NCBI GenBank assembly: GCA_963745745.1
Contig: CAVUYS010000072.1
Location: 5,167 to 69,166, forward strand
Reading direction: 5' to 3'
Length of the DNA stretch: 64,000 nt
Source of the DNA: an uncultured Spirochaetota bacterium
GTDB taxonomy: Bacteria > Spirochaetota > Spirochaetia > SZUA-6 > DRHE01
A program made the translations under genes and the position numbers. The notes below the pieces were generated by a model that was given only the letters and a program-made list of their open reading frames with translations, did not search any database and was not told the origin of the DNA. Positions 31,234-43,152 of the stretch are shown piece by piece (positions within the stretch are counted from its first letter, which is position 1; every line of letters begins with the position of its first letter).

Positions 31234-32330
31234 CTAGCGCATGACCTGGTATTCGCCCTGGCCGCCCAGCTGCAGGATCACCTGGCTGCCGTCCGCCTCT
31301 TCCAGGATGCCGGAGAATCCTCCCTCCAGGCGGTAGATGACCGGCCGCCGGATCAGGGCCTCCGCGATCGCCCGGAAGGCCGGCGGCAGCTTTTTCAATA
31401 TATCGTTGATGTAGTACAGCCGCGACACGGTGAACACTCCTTCCAGGGTGCGGCCGTCCTGCCGGGCCCTGAGGTGGAAACGGTGCGGAAAGGGGAAGGG
31501 CGCGCCTTCCTCCTTGCGGTACTCCTCGGCCTGGAACTCGTGGTCGGAGGTGGCCATCAGCCACTCCCCGCCCCTGGCCAGCAGCAGGGTCGCCGACCTC
31601 TGCGAGCCGTAGGCCCGATGGGCCGCCGACTCCGACACGCTGAGCATCCAGGGCTCTCCCTGCCCGGCGGGGCCGAACACCCGGAAGGTGCTCTGCTCGG
31701 GATTGATGCGGGACATGGGCATGGACACCACGCCCCGGTCGGCGTAGCCCCAGCCCAGCACGGGGCGCCATCGCCCGCGCACCGTCATGCTGCCGGAGAC
31801 CTCGGCGAACGGGGAGGTGACCGAAAGGCGCGTGTACACGTCCCCGCGCCGGTTCAGGCGGGTGAACCCGTCGCCGGGCTTCCAGGGATTGAGCAGGTTG
31901 CGAAACTCCAGGTCGCAGGAAAAATCCGGCAGCCGCAGGCGGAGGCGGGCCCCTTCCCGGTCACCCTCCAGGACGCTCTCGCCGAAGCTGTAGCGCAGCC
32001 GGTCGGGGGCGGCCTCCAGCTCCTCCAGCTTGGTCTCCAGGGCGAAGGTCTCGGCGCCGGGCTCCGTGCTGAGCACCAGCAGGCCGGCCTCCCCGATCGG
32101 GCCGTAGCGCCACTGGAACAGGCTCAGGGTGAGGGCCTGACCCGTCGACCAGCGCGGCGTTGAAGTACCAGAAACGGCTTCGGAAATGGCCGGCGTAGGG
32201 ATCGTCGAGGAGAAGATCCTCGTCGCTCAGGGTCACCTGCTCCGGCGGGGGCCAGGCGGGAGAGCAATGGGGGGCGGCGACCGCCGCCAGGAGCAGGGCA
32301 AGGATCGCTCGCAGATATCCGCGGCCGCAT
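31234..32330 (-). CDS. Exported hypothetical protein (possibly lipocalin/AttH-like), two frameshifts as assembled
   Basis: ATG at 32330 (MRPR...), then a frame slip into LRAILALLLAAVAAPHCSPAWPPPEQVTLSDEDLLLDDPYAGHFRSRFWYFNAALVDGSG. A further slip near 32150 leads into ORF 31234-32076. No family is recognised with confidence. Confidence 0.45.
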
Positions 32331-32385
32331 GGTTGAGGCCCAGCATAAGGGCAGGGCGGCCGCCGGTCAAGGAAGGAGGCGGCGG

Positions 32386-33100
32386 CTAGGCCGGCGCGGC
32401 TCGCCTGCTCTGCCGGCTCCGCCGGCATGATCCGCAGCCGGTAGCCGACGCCCGGCTCGGTGACGATGAGCTGCGGCATCTGCGGCCGGAGCTCGATCTT
32501 CTTCCGCAGCCCCGTGATGTAGACCCGCAGGTAGTTGGTCTCCTCCTCGGCGTGCGGTCCCCAGACCTCGCGCAGGATGTGGGCGTGGGTCAGGATCCGG
32601 CCGGCGTGCTGCACGAAAAGGCGCACCAGCGCGTACTCGGTGGGGGTGAGCTTCAGCGGCTGCCCGGCGACGCGGACCTGGCGCTGGTACAGGTCCACCT
32701 CCAGCCGGCCGGAGGCGAACACCTCGCGGGCCTCCTCCGGAGCGTGGTGGCGGATGGCCACGCGCAGCCTGGCGATCAACTCGCCGGTGTTGAAGGGCTT
32801 GGTGAGGTAGTCGTCGGCCCCGGCGTTGAGCAGCGCCACGATGTCCTCCTCGGCATTGCGCACCGAAAGCACGATCACCGGCACGCTGGACCACTGCCGC
32901 AGGGCGGCCAGGACTTGCGCCCCGTCCCGGTCCGGCAAGCCCAGGTCCAGCAGCACGACATCGGGCTTGAGCCCCTGCAGGGCCCGCAGGCCGTCTTCGC
33001 CGTTGGCCGCCTCGTGCACCGCGAAGCCCTGGCTTTCCAGGCTCACCCGCAAGAGGCGGCGGATCTGCCGCTCGTCGTCGATCACCAGCACGCTGCTCAA
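32386..33100 (-). CDS. kdpE: KdpE-type OmpR-family response regulator (3' end reconstructed)
   Basis: The TTG start overlaps the kdpD stop. Motifs seen: VLVIDDERQIRRLL, VLLDLGLPDRDG, LTKPF, LTPTEYALVRLF and EPGVGYRL. As assembled the frame has no stop and runs on to 31961. A TAG at 32386-32388 in the adjacent frame fits a normal ~237-aa length. Confidence 0.85.
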
Positions 33101-35663
33101 GACGGGCCTCCCGGCAGGTCGATGGCTACGGACAGGCCCCCGCTGGCATTCGGAAAGGCGGCGATCCTGCCGCCATGGGCCTCCACGATCCCCTTGCAGA
33201 TGGCCAGCCCCAGCCCCACCCCGCCCGCCGCCGCCCGGCTGCCCCGGAAGAAGGTCTCGAACAGCCGGGGCAGCTCATCGGCCGGCACTCCGGGTCCCGC
33301 ATCCGCAACGACGATGCGGATGCCACTCCCAAATCTGGCCACGTCCAGCTCGATGGGCGTGCCCGCCGGGGTATGGTTGGCGGCGTTCTGGAGGACATTG
33401 GCCAGGGCCTGCACGAACAGCACGAAATCCACCTCCACCGCAGGCAGCTCCTCTTCGACCCGGACCTCCAGGGGGTGCCCGGCCAGGGATACGGACCCGG
33501 CCGCCACGCTGGCCAGGTCAGCCGGGTCGGCGGCGACCTTTTTCAGCCTCAGCCTCCCCGCTTCCAGGCGGCTCATGCTCAGCAGGTTGTCCACGATCCC
33601 GTTCAGCCGGTCGGTGGCCTCCAGGGTCTCCGCCAGCAGGATGCTCCTGGCTTCCGGATCGCCGCCCGCGGACTGGTCCAGGAGGGCCGTGATCGAACCC
33701 TTGATGGTTGTCAGCGGGGTGCGCAGCTCGTGGGAGATCGTGTTGAGCAGCACCCGCCCCAGCCGCTCCGATTCCCGGGCCAGCGCGTGGCGGCGGCCGG
33801 CTTCCGCCAGCAGCTCCCTCTCCAGCGAGAGGGCCAGGCTGCGGCCCAGCATCTGCAGCAGGTCCTCCTGATCCGCCATCCGCCGGGTGCTCAGGCGCAC
33901 ACCCAGCACTCCGACCGCCGTCTCCGGGGTCAACAGCGGAATCCAGCGGTATGCGGCGCCGGAAGGATCGGGCAGGCGGGGGCCCGGCCGCCGGTTCTGG
34001 AAACTCCACCGCGCGGCCTCCAGCTCACCCGCCTCCAGGCGCAGGCCCGCCAGGGAGCGGGGTTCAGCCTGCAGGCCGCCCGAGCCATCCCGCAGCAGCA
34101 CCAGCGCCGGGGCTTCGAAATGCCGGCTCAGATGCTCCAACGCCGTCTGCAGGATCTTCTCCAGACCCGTGCTCACGGAAAGGGCCTGGGAAAAAGAGAA
34201 CAACAACGACAGGCGGTGCTCGCGCGCCAACAGCAGGAGCTGGCTGGAGCGGAGGCGGGACATCAGGAAGCCCAGCGCCGAGGCGGTCAGCAGGAAGAGG
34301 GCGAACATCAGCACGTCCTCCAGGCGGCCGATCGTAAAGACGAAACGGGGGGGAATGAACAGCAGGTCCCAAAGCAGGGCCAGCAGCACCGAGGCCAGCA
34401 GGACCGCCGGCCTGCTCACCCAGAAAGCCAGGGCGATGATCGCCAGGAGGAACAGGATGGAAACCGAGCGGTAGCCGATGTAGGGCAGCAGGAGCAGGCT
34501 CCCGCCGGTGACCAGCCCGGCGACCGCCAGGGCTTTGGCCAGCGACACGGCCTCCGCGCCGAGCCAGGAGGACAGCCTGGTCACGGCGGGCAGCAGGGCC
34601 ATGCCCCGCTCCTTGAGCACGACGACGTCGATATCCCCGCTGCCGCTCACGAAGCGGTCGGTGAGCGAGCGACGGCGGATCGCCCCCGGGCGGCGCCGCG
34701 GCCGCTTTTTCCCACGACGATCTGGGCCACCCCGTTGGCATGGGCGTAGCGCAGAACCCCCTCGGTCACGCTTTCGGCCGGAAGGATCACCACTTCGGCG
34801 CCGAGCTGGCGGGCCAGGCCCAGGTTCGCGCCCAGCGCCTCCTGTTGCGCCCGGGACAGCGGCTGGCGGGTTTTCACGTGCAGGGCCACCCACTCCGCGC
34901 GTGCGTCCAGCGCCCTGCGGTGGGTCCAGCGGACCAGGTGCGTGGAGTTCGGGCTCGCGCTCACCGCCACCAACAGGCGCAGCGGTTCCGGCGCTGATTC
35001 CCCGACACGAACCCGGCCGCCTCCCGTGCTCCCGGAGCGCAGCCCGGTGAAGCGCACCGCCTGGCGCAGAGCCATGATACGCAGCCGCTCCAGGACCTCC
35101 TGGCGGTACAAAATCGTCGTCGCGCCGGCCGGCAGACGGCCGGCATTCACCTCCCCGGCGGCAAAACGCCGGGCGAGCTCCTCGGCCGGCAGGTCGCAGA
35201 GCACCACCTGCTCCGCCGCCTCGATGACCGCATCCGGAACCCGCTCGGCAATTCGCGTGCCCGCGAACTCCTCGACCAGGGCCGCCTGGCTTTCCAACTC
35301 GAAGAGATTCGCGGTGGCGATCACGTCGATGCCCCGGCCCAGCAGCTCCAGCACGTCCTGGAAGCGATGGCGGTTGGCCGCTCCTTCCACATTGGCGCCG
35401 GCCAGCCCAGCGACCAGCGCCACCTGCGGTGCGCGCCGGACCAGGGCTTCCACGTCCATTCCCTCACCGAGCGCCGGCACCTGCTCCAGGGCCGGCAGGT
35501 CAGCGGGCAATGCCTTCCCCCGGGCCAGGAATCCGAGGACCACATCCTGACCGGCGGCTTTTCTGCGCCGCCCCTCTTCCAGCATCCTGCGGGTCTTGCC
35601 GGTCCCGGGGGCCATGCCGAGATAGATCAGCAGCCTGCCTCGCACGCCTGCCTCCCCCCGCAA
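33097..35663 (-). CDS. kdpD: KdpD sensor histidine kinase (one frameshift near 34680)
   Basis: N-terminal KdpD domain: LLIYLGMAPGTGKTRRML plus a USP-like region (ORF 34647-35663). Next come four TM segments, a GAF-like region, HELRTPLTTIKG and GGVGLGLAICKGIVEAHGG (ORF 33097-34893). Confidence 0.9.
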
Positions 35664-35706
35664 AATGGTAGCACCGCCGCAGGAGGGCTGTATATGGTAC
35701 CGCGGA

Positions 35707-35883
35707 TCACCTGCAGCGAGGGTGCGGCGGTCCCTTGTCCAGTTGCGCCTGCCGGCGGCGCCTGCGCTTCCCGGAAGCCAGATCGTACATTTTCCTGCGC
35801 TCCAGCGGCCTGCGGATCAGGATGTAGCCGCCGATCAGCAGCAGCAGCACCGCCCCGGTTTGCAGCCAGCCCTGTGACTCCAT
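35707..35883 (-). CDS. Possible 58-aa single-TM peptide
   Basis: Hand translation: MESQGWLQTGAVLLLLIGGYILIRRPLERRKMYDL... Not in the ORF track because it is under 60 aa. It sits between the exported protein gene and kdpD. Confidence 0.2.
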   Translation of the reverse strand: MESQGWLQTGAVLLLLIGGYILIRRPLERRKMYDLASGKRRRRRQAQLDKGPPHPRCR

Positions 35884-35898
35884 GCGCTTCCCCCCGCC

Positions 35899-36380
35899 TC
35901 AGGCCCGCGCTCTGGCCTTCTGCTTCCGGCGCCACGACAGGAAGACCGCCGCGGCAGCCAGCAGCAGCCCGGCCGCCAGGGCCATCCTCCCGGCGTGGAG
36001 CGTTTCCCGCTTCAGCTCCCCCCGCGCAGCCACCTCCAGCGCTGCCGCGTGGATGTCCAGGTCCCCTCCGTGCTCCGGGCAGCTGCGGTGGAAGATCCCT
36101 CGGACCCGCAGCGTGTCCCCACGCGCCGCGGCCGAGCCGAAGTAGCGGATTGCGGGCAGGTCCGCGCCCTTGGCCCAGATCCCGATCGCTCCGCCGGCGT
36201 CCAGCAGATTGAGCCAAACGTGGCTCCCCCGGCGCATGGACTCGCCGATGGCCTCCCCCACGAACTCCACCTCCCGCCCATCCAGCTCCCTGGCCCGCTC
36301 GATCAGCTCGACGCTCCCCGCCTGGCCGAACAGGCAGGCGGAGGCAAGAGCAAAAAGCTGCTAAGCGCTCCGATTTTCAT
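35899..36380 (-). CDS. Exported, C-terminally membrane-anchored hypothetical protein (frameshift at an A5/T5 run near 36355)
   Basis: The ATG at 36380 overlaps the trkH stop (ATGA). MKIGALSSF, then in the next frame LALASACLFGQAGSVELIERARELDGREVEFVGEAIGE..., ending in the TM segment MALAAGLLLAAAAVFLSWRRKQK. Confidence 0.5.
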
Positions 36381-37892
36381 GCCACCCCCCTGCGGCGCAT
36401 TGCGGCCGCAACGAATCCGAACAATGCCAGCACCGCCATGAACTCCAGCCTTCCGGCCCACATGTTGAAGATGTAGGTGGCCTTCAGGACCGCGGGCATC
36501 GCGGCGGCCGTGACCCCTACGGACAGGCCGACGTTGCCGGATACGGAGGCCGCCTCGAAGGCCGCTTCCAGCAAGGGATAGCCGCAGAGGCTGCCGACCA
36601 GGGTGGCCAGGGCGAAGATGGCCAGGTACATCAGGACCACCAGCGCGGCGCTGCGCACCTGCGCCTCACCCAGGATCCGGGGCCCAGGTAGTGGAAGCGC
36701 TGGGCGAACACGGCGGAGCCCGGGCTTCAGGAGGCGGCGGGTCTCCTGCACGATCGGCCTTCGAAAAGGATCCCGACGCGCAGCGCCTTGAAGCCGCCCG
36801 CCGTCGAACAGGCGCTGCCCCCCAGCAGCATCGCCAGGATCATGGCCAGCAGCGCGACCTCGCCCCACTCCAGGACCAGCTGGCGCGCAGTACAAGGTCA
36901 TGAAACCCGGTGGTGGTGTGGCCGGAGATGAGCTGGTAGAAGCCCTTGCGGAACAGGGCCACGGCCCCGGGGTACACGTCCAGCTTCAGCAGGCCCCAGC
37001 AGGCGATCACGGTGAGGACGGCGACGCTGCCGGCGAAGGAAACGGTTTCGATGTTGCGGAACATTTCCTTGCGGTCACCGCTCCACACGGCGTGATGCAG
37101 GGCGAAGTTGAAGGAACCGGTCACGAAGAAAAGCAGCGTCACGACCTCGTAGCCCAGGCTGTGGTAGTAGAGGATGTTCTGGGACATGGGCGCGAAGCCG
37201 CCCGTGCTCCAGGCCGCCAGGTACACCCACAGGCCGTGCAGCAGGGCCCGCAGGGGAGAGAGCCCGATCGCCATCCCGACCACCCAGAAGGCCGCGGTGC
37301 CGACCACCAGGTAGACCAGGCTGATCTTCCAGATCGTCTTGGCCGTGTGCAGGACGCTGGGGAACAGCTTCTCGTCCTTGGCCTCGCCCACGTACAGCGG
37401 GTACCCTCCCCCGCCGGCGCTGGACAGGAAGGCCAGCGCGAGCACGATGATGCCCTGCCCGCCGACGAAGGTGAGCAGGTGGCGCCAGGTGTTGAGGCTT
37501 ACCGTGACGTGATCCAGGTCCTGGATGAGGGTGAGCCCGGTGGTGGTCAGCCCGCTCATCACGTCGAACATGCAGTCCAGGTAGCTCAGGTAATGTCCGC
37601 TCAGCCAATACGGAACCGCGGCTACCGCCATCGCGGCCAGCCACGAGATGGCCGCCGTTACCATGCCGTGGATCCAGGAGGACCTCCCCTCCCCTTCCCC
37701 GAGCCAGGCCAGCGAACAGCCGGCCAGCAGGGCAGCCCCCAGGCCGACCAGGAAGTCGACGGCCGCGGCCCATTCCCGGAAGGCCAGGGCCGTCAGGAGG
37801 GGCAAAACCATCAGCAGTCCCACGCCGATCAGGACCTTGCCGGTATAGGAACAGATCAGCTGCAGGTCGCGCAGGCGCGGCTTGGCGAGCAT
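36377..37892 (-). CDS. trkH: TrkH/KtrB-family potassium transporter subunit (at least two frameshifts between 36650 and 36900)
   Basis: Motifs seen: MSGLTTTGLT, TFVGGQGI, AAWSTGGF and ISGHTTTGF (selectivity-filter-like repeats) in ORF 36840-37892. The C-terminus SVSGNVGLSVGVT lies in ORF 36377-36901. Confidence 0.85.
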
Positions 37893-37895
37893 GGC

Positions 37896-38015
37896 TCAAA
37901 CCAGAGAGAACAGAAAGCTCACCAGGAGGCCGGCAGCCGCCAGCAAAGCCACGAAGGCCAGCTCCGTCAGGATCCCGGCAATCAGGCCCGACCGGCTTCG
38001 CGGACGTGCGTTCAA
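37896..38015 (-). CDS. Possible 39-aa single-TM peptide between trkA and trkH
   Basis: The TTG at 38015 overlaps the trkA stop (TTGA). Translation: LNARPRSRSGLIAGILTELAFVALLAAAGLLVSFLFSLV. It appears in the track only as the tail of ORF 37896-38159. Confidence 0.2.
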   Translation of the reverse strand: MNARPRSRSGLIAGILTELAFVALLAAAGLLVSFLFSLV

Positions 38016-38677
38016 CGCGCGCCTCCCAGAAGCACCGCCTCCAGGGACTCCACCTCCTGCCGTCGGGCCAGGGCGAAGACCCGGTCCCCCGCCTGGAGCA
38101 CCGTACCGCCTCGGGGGAAGTCGATCCGCCCATTGCGGATGACCGCGATCAGCACGCATTCCTGCGGCAGCGCGAGCTGGGAGACCGCCAGCCCCGCCAC
38201 GGGGGAATCCTCTCTGAGCTGGGCCTCGATGATCTCCACCTCCCCCTGCTGGAAGATCGAGAAGATGCGCAAGCCGTTGAGCGGCAGGGCGTTCTGGATC
38301 ATCTGCGCGGCCAGGGCGGTGGAGCTGACCGTCGCGTCCACCCCCAGGGCCTTGAAGACGGCTTCATTTTTCGGGTCATTGACCCGGGCGATGGTCAGGG
38401 GCGCCCGGAAATAGCGCTTGGCCAGCTGGCAGATCACCAGGTTGTCCGCGTCCCGGTCGGTTACGGCCACCACGTACTGCGCTTCCTCGGCGCCGGCATC
38501 CCGCAGCACGTTGAGATCCGAGCCGTCGCCGTTGACCACCGTGATATCCAGCTTTTCGGCCAGCTCCCGGCAGCGCTCCGCATCCCCTTCCACCAGGCCG
38601 ACGTGATTGCCATCCGACAGCAGGGTCTTGGCCAGGTGATAGCCGATTTCCCCGCCCCCCACGATCAGGATGTACAT
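38012..38677 (-). CDS. trkA: TrkA/KtrA-type K+ transport NAD-binding regulatory subunit
   Basis: MYILIVGGGEIGYHLAKTL (RCK_N Rossmann fold) plus an RCK_C domain. 221 aa, intact. Confidence 0.9.
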   Translation of the reverse strand: MYILIVGGGEIGYHLAKTLLSDGNHVGLVEGDAERCRELAEKLDITVVNGDGSDLNVLRDAGAEEAQYVVAVTDRDADNLVICQLAKRYFRAPLTIARVNDPKNEAVFKALGVDATVSSTALAAQMIQNALPLNGLRIFSIFQQGEVEIIEAQLREDSPVAGLAVSQLALPQECVLIAVIRNGRIDFPRGGTVLQAGDRVFALARRQEVESLEAVLLGGAR

Positions 38678-38686
38678 ATGCCGGGC

Positions 38687-39296
38687 TCAGGAAGCCCGCT
38701 TGCGGGTCAGGATCAGCGTGTCGTTCTTCTCGATGATCCTGTCGGGATTCGCGGCCGCCAGCTGGCCGTCGAAGGCGATCCCGATCAGCTTCCGGCCCTC
38801 CGGGATGTCGATCCGGCCCGCCGCCCGGCCGACCCACTCGGCCAGGGGCTTCACCCCGACGAGGTCCACGTCGATGGTTCCAGCCAGCGCCGAATACTGG
38901 CTGCGCTGGATCAGGCCCAGCATCTGGTTGATGCCGGTGCTCGTCGGGCACACGGTGTCCAGCCCCAGGCCCCGATAAAACCTCTCCCGCTCGGGATCCG
39001 TGATGCGGGTCAGGGTCAGCGGAACCTGGTAGATCTTCCTGGCCAGCTGCACCACCAGGACGTTGACGTTGTCATCCGCGGTGGCGGCCACCACCAGCTC
39101 AGCGCGCTCCACGCCCGCCTTGAGCAGCACGTCCTGTTCCGCGGGGTCCCCGCGGATCGTGACCCCGTCAAAATCGCTGCCCAGCCGGGCTCAGATCGAT
39201 GTCCTCGCCCACGACCACCACGTCGTGTCCCTTGGCCGAAAGGGCCTTGGCCAGGCCCGCGCCCAGTCGGCCGCAGCCTGCAATGATTACGAACAT
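38687..39296 (-). CDS. trkA: Second TrkA/KtrA-type regulatory subunit (one inserted base near 39190)
   Basis: MFVIIAGCGRLGAGLAKAL...DVVVVGEDIDLS then, in the frame of ORF 38687-39130, DVLLKAGVERAELVVAATADDNVN. Length is 610 nt, one base more than a multiple of 3. Confidence 0.85.
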
Positions 39297-39380
39297 ACAT
39301 TGCTGAACCTAAGCGGAAGGCGGCAGGATATGATATTAAGAGGGCGCTAAAATCGGGGTTCGACCCGCTAAGAAGGCGAT

Positions 39381-39411
39381 AAAAAAACCGGGGAGGCGTC
39401 AGCCTCCCCGG
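39381..39411 (-). terminator. Rho-independent terminator downstream of groEL
   Basis: Minus strand: CCGGGGAGG-ctgacg-CCTCCCCGG followed by TTTTTTT, about 20 nt after the groEL stop. Confidence 0.75.
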
Positions 39412-39431
39412 TGCTCAAGCGCTTGATTAGC

Positions 39432-41084
<1,653 letters not shown>

Positions 41085-41239
41085 TTAGGTCCCCTTTGCG
41101 GCGGCGCCGGCGGGACGCACACGGTCCCAACGCCGGCGGCACAGAGGACGGATGTTCAAGAGTATCCGGCTTAATGTAACGAGAAATCGTCGCAACGGCA
41201 AGGGTCCCCGGCCGGCTGCGGCCGGCGGTCTGGGGCCGG

Positions 41240-41448
41240 ACTACGCGGGCAGCATCCTGCGATCCGCTCCAGGCTGTTTTTCCAGCGGGCCCGCATCGCC
41301 TCCCGGGCCCCGGCATCCCTGCACAGCGGGTTGCGATGCGGCTTCTGGAAAAATCCGGGCGCGCCGCCCCCGCCTTGTCCAGCAGGGTGCGCCACTGCCG
41401 CCAGCTCCTGCCCGTGGCTTTCAGGACCTCTTCATCGGAGGGGGGCAT
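41240..41448 (-). pseudogene. Possible DUF4287-like small protein, broken by frameshifts
   Basis: MPPSDEEVLKATGRSWRQWRTLLDKAG resembles the DUF4287 N-terminus. Later pieces (WKNSLERIAG) lie in other frames. Weak, motif-level call only. Confidence 0.25.
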
Positions 41449-41452
41449 GCCT

Positions 41453-42223
41453 TCAGGATACGGACGGACGGCCTCCGGCGGCAAGGCTCCACAGCCCGCC
41501 CAGGACCTGCTCCAGCCGCTTTCCCAGGGCTTCCCCGCCGGGGGTGGTCAGGTCGTCCTCGTTCTCGAACACTGCGTACGGCACCCGCCGCTCCCCCATC
41601 GCCAGGAAGCGGGGATCGGCGGCGGCCAGCAGGTCCCAGTCGTCCTCCCCGTACAACCTGGCCAGCTTCTCGTCCGGCAGGGCGTGCTCCAGGATGCTGT
41701 GCGGACGAGCGGGGTTGAAACGGCGGCGGTTCTTACGCAGGGACTCCTGGAAGCTCACGCGCACGTACAGCACGGCCAGGCGCTCGAGCACGGCCTCGGA
41801 GAGGTGGGCGAAGGCCCGGGCGTAGCCCCCATGCTCGCTGCCCCGGGAGAACTCCAGCAGGACGGTGGTGTGCTCGCCCAGACGCGGGTTCCCGCGGACC
41901 AGCTTGTCGTATTCCAGGCACAGCCGGCGCACCAACAGGTCCCAGAGATGGGGCTCGAGGAAATAGCCGTCGGGGGTGGTGTGCAGCCGCCCGTGACCCA
42001 TTTCGGCCAGCAGGTGGTCCTCCTCGAACCAGGCCCACAGCAGCGGGAAGTCGTCCAGTACGACCGGCTCGCCGATGTGGAAGCGCCGGCGGCGCTCGGC
42101 GGCCGGGGTCCGGCGCAGGTATTCCAGGATCTCGCTCTTGCCGGAGGCCGGCCGGCCGGTCAACAGGAGCAGGGGCAGGATGCCGCCGGCTGTCGGCCGG
42201 CCGCCGCGGGACGGCGCGCTCAC
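41453..42223 (-). CDS. P-loop kinase-like hypothetical protein
   Basis: LLLLTGRPASGKSEILEYL is a Walker A motif. 256 aa, intact. No finer family is recognised. Confidence 0.55.
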   Translation of the reverse strand: MSAPSRGGRPTAGGILPLLLLTGRPASGKSEILEYLRRTPAAERRRRFHIGEPVVLDDFPLLWAWFEEDHLLAEMGHGRLHTTPDGYFLEPHLWDLLVRRLCLEYDKLVRGNPRLGEHTTVLLEFSRGSEHGGYARAFAHLSEAVLERLAVLYVRVSFQESLRKNRRRFNPARPHSILEHALPDEKLARLYGEDDWDLLAAADPRFLAMGERRVPYAVFENEDDLTTPGGEALGKRLEQVLGGLWSLAAGGRPSVS

Positions 42224-43152
42224 AATCCCAGCCTCCGGGCCGTTCCCGGCTCCAGGTCCAGCAGGCCCAGCTCGCGCAGTCGGCGGGCCAGCGCTTTCCA
42301 GGCGGGGCGGCCGCGGAAGAAGCGGCGTAGCCGGCCCGCGCCCTCGGGCCGGCCCGCGGCGGCCAGGGTGGCCGCGTGCCAGAAGCGGGCCTCCGGATTG
42401 CGGGGGCAGAGGGCCAGGGCCTGCCCGTATTCCTCCACGGCCCGTTCCGGCTGGGAGCGCTCCAGCGCCAGGTCGCCGCGGTTCATCCGCTCGTAGCAGC
42501 GGTGCACGACCAGCAGGCGGGCCAGCTCGTCCAGGGGCCGGGGGTGGTCCTCGACGCGCAGGTCCACCAGCCGGTCCTCCCAGGGCCGCTGCGAGGCGGC
42601 GGTCCGGACCACCAGCAGCGCCGCAGATTGCTGCCCGCGCAGGTCCCCGCCCTCGGCCTGGCCGGCGGCCAGCGCCTTCAGCAGGCGCTCGGCCAGGGGC
42701 CCGCCGGCGCGTTCGTAGGCTTCGGCCATGGCCGGCCAGACCGAGGGGCTGGTCATCATGTTGGCCTGGACCGAATAGGCGGCCGCGGCTTGGACGCCGG
42801 ACGGCAGGCGGCCGACCCGGTGCCCGGCTTCCGGCACGCAGCGGGTACCGGTGTGGGCCGCCGCCCCGCCGCGCGCGTCCAGCACGGCCGCCTGCCGCAG
42901 CTCCCGCCCCGGGTCCTCGGCCAGCAGCGCCTCCAGCACCCTGCTGGCGGCCAGGCCCTGCCTCAGCAGCCCCAGGCCGCGCGGCCCGAAGGAGAGATTG
43001 GCAAAGGACTGGGTGACCACCACCCCCGCCCCGCTCTCCGCCCAGGGCACGACCGAGCCCACGGAAAACCAGTGAGACTGCACGGCCGCCCCCATTTCTC
43101 CGGCCTCGGGATCCAGGGCGGCGATGGAGTAGGTGTGGCAGGGTCGGATCAC
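42220..43152 (-). CDS. DUF1028 (Ntn-hydrolase-like) protein with a C-terminal TPR-like extension
   Basis: [44 protein letters not shown] is the DUF1028 signature. The GTG at 43152 overlaps the upstream stop. Confidence 0.85.
   Translation of the reverse strand: MIRPCHTYSIAALDPEAGEMGAAVQSHWFSVGSVVPWAESGAGVVVTQSFANLSFGPRGLGLLRQGLAASRVLEALLAEDPGRELRQAAVLDARGGAAAHTGTRCVPEAGHRVGRLPSGVQAAAAYSVQANMMTSPSVWPAMAEAYERAGGPLAERLLKALAAGQAEGGDLRGQQSAALLVVRTAASQRPWEDRLVDLRVEDHPRPLDELARLLVVHRCYERMNRGDLALERSQPERAVEEYGQALALCPRNPEARFWHAATLAAAGRPEGAGRLRRFFRGRPAWKALARRLRELGLLDLEPGTARRLGL

Noticed and set aside
31961-33100. 379-aa ORF suggesting a KdpE fused to a C-terminal extension
   Set aside because: The response-regulator homology ends at about residue 230. 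The extension contains the signal peptide and N-terminus of the next gene, and an out-of-frame TAG sits at 32386. The apparent fusion is best explained by an indel removing the kdpE stop.
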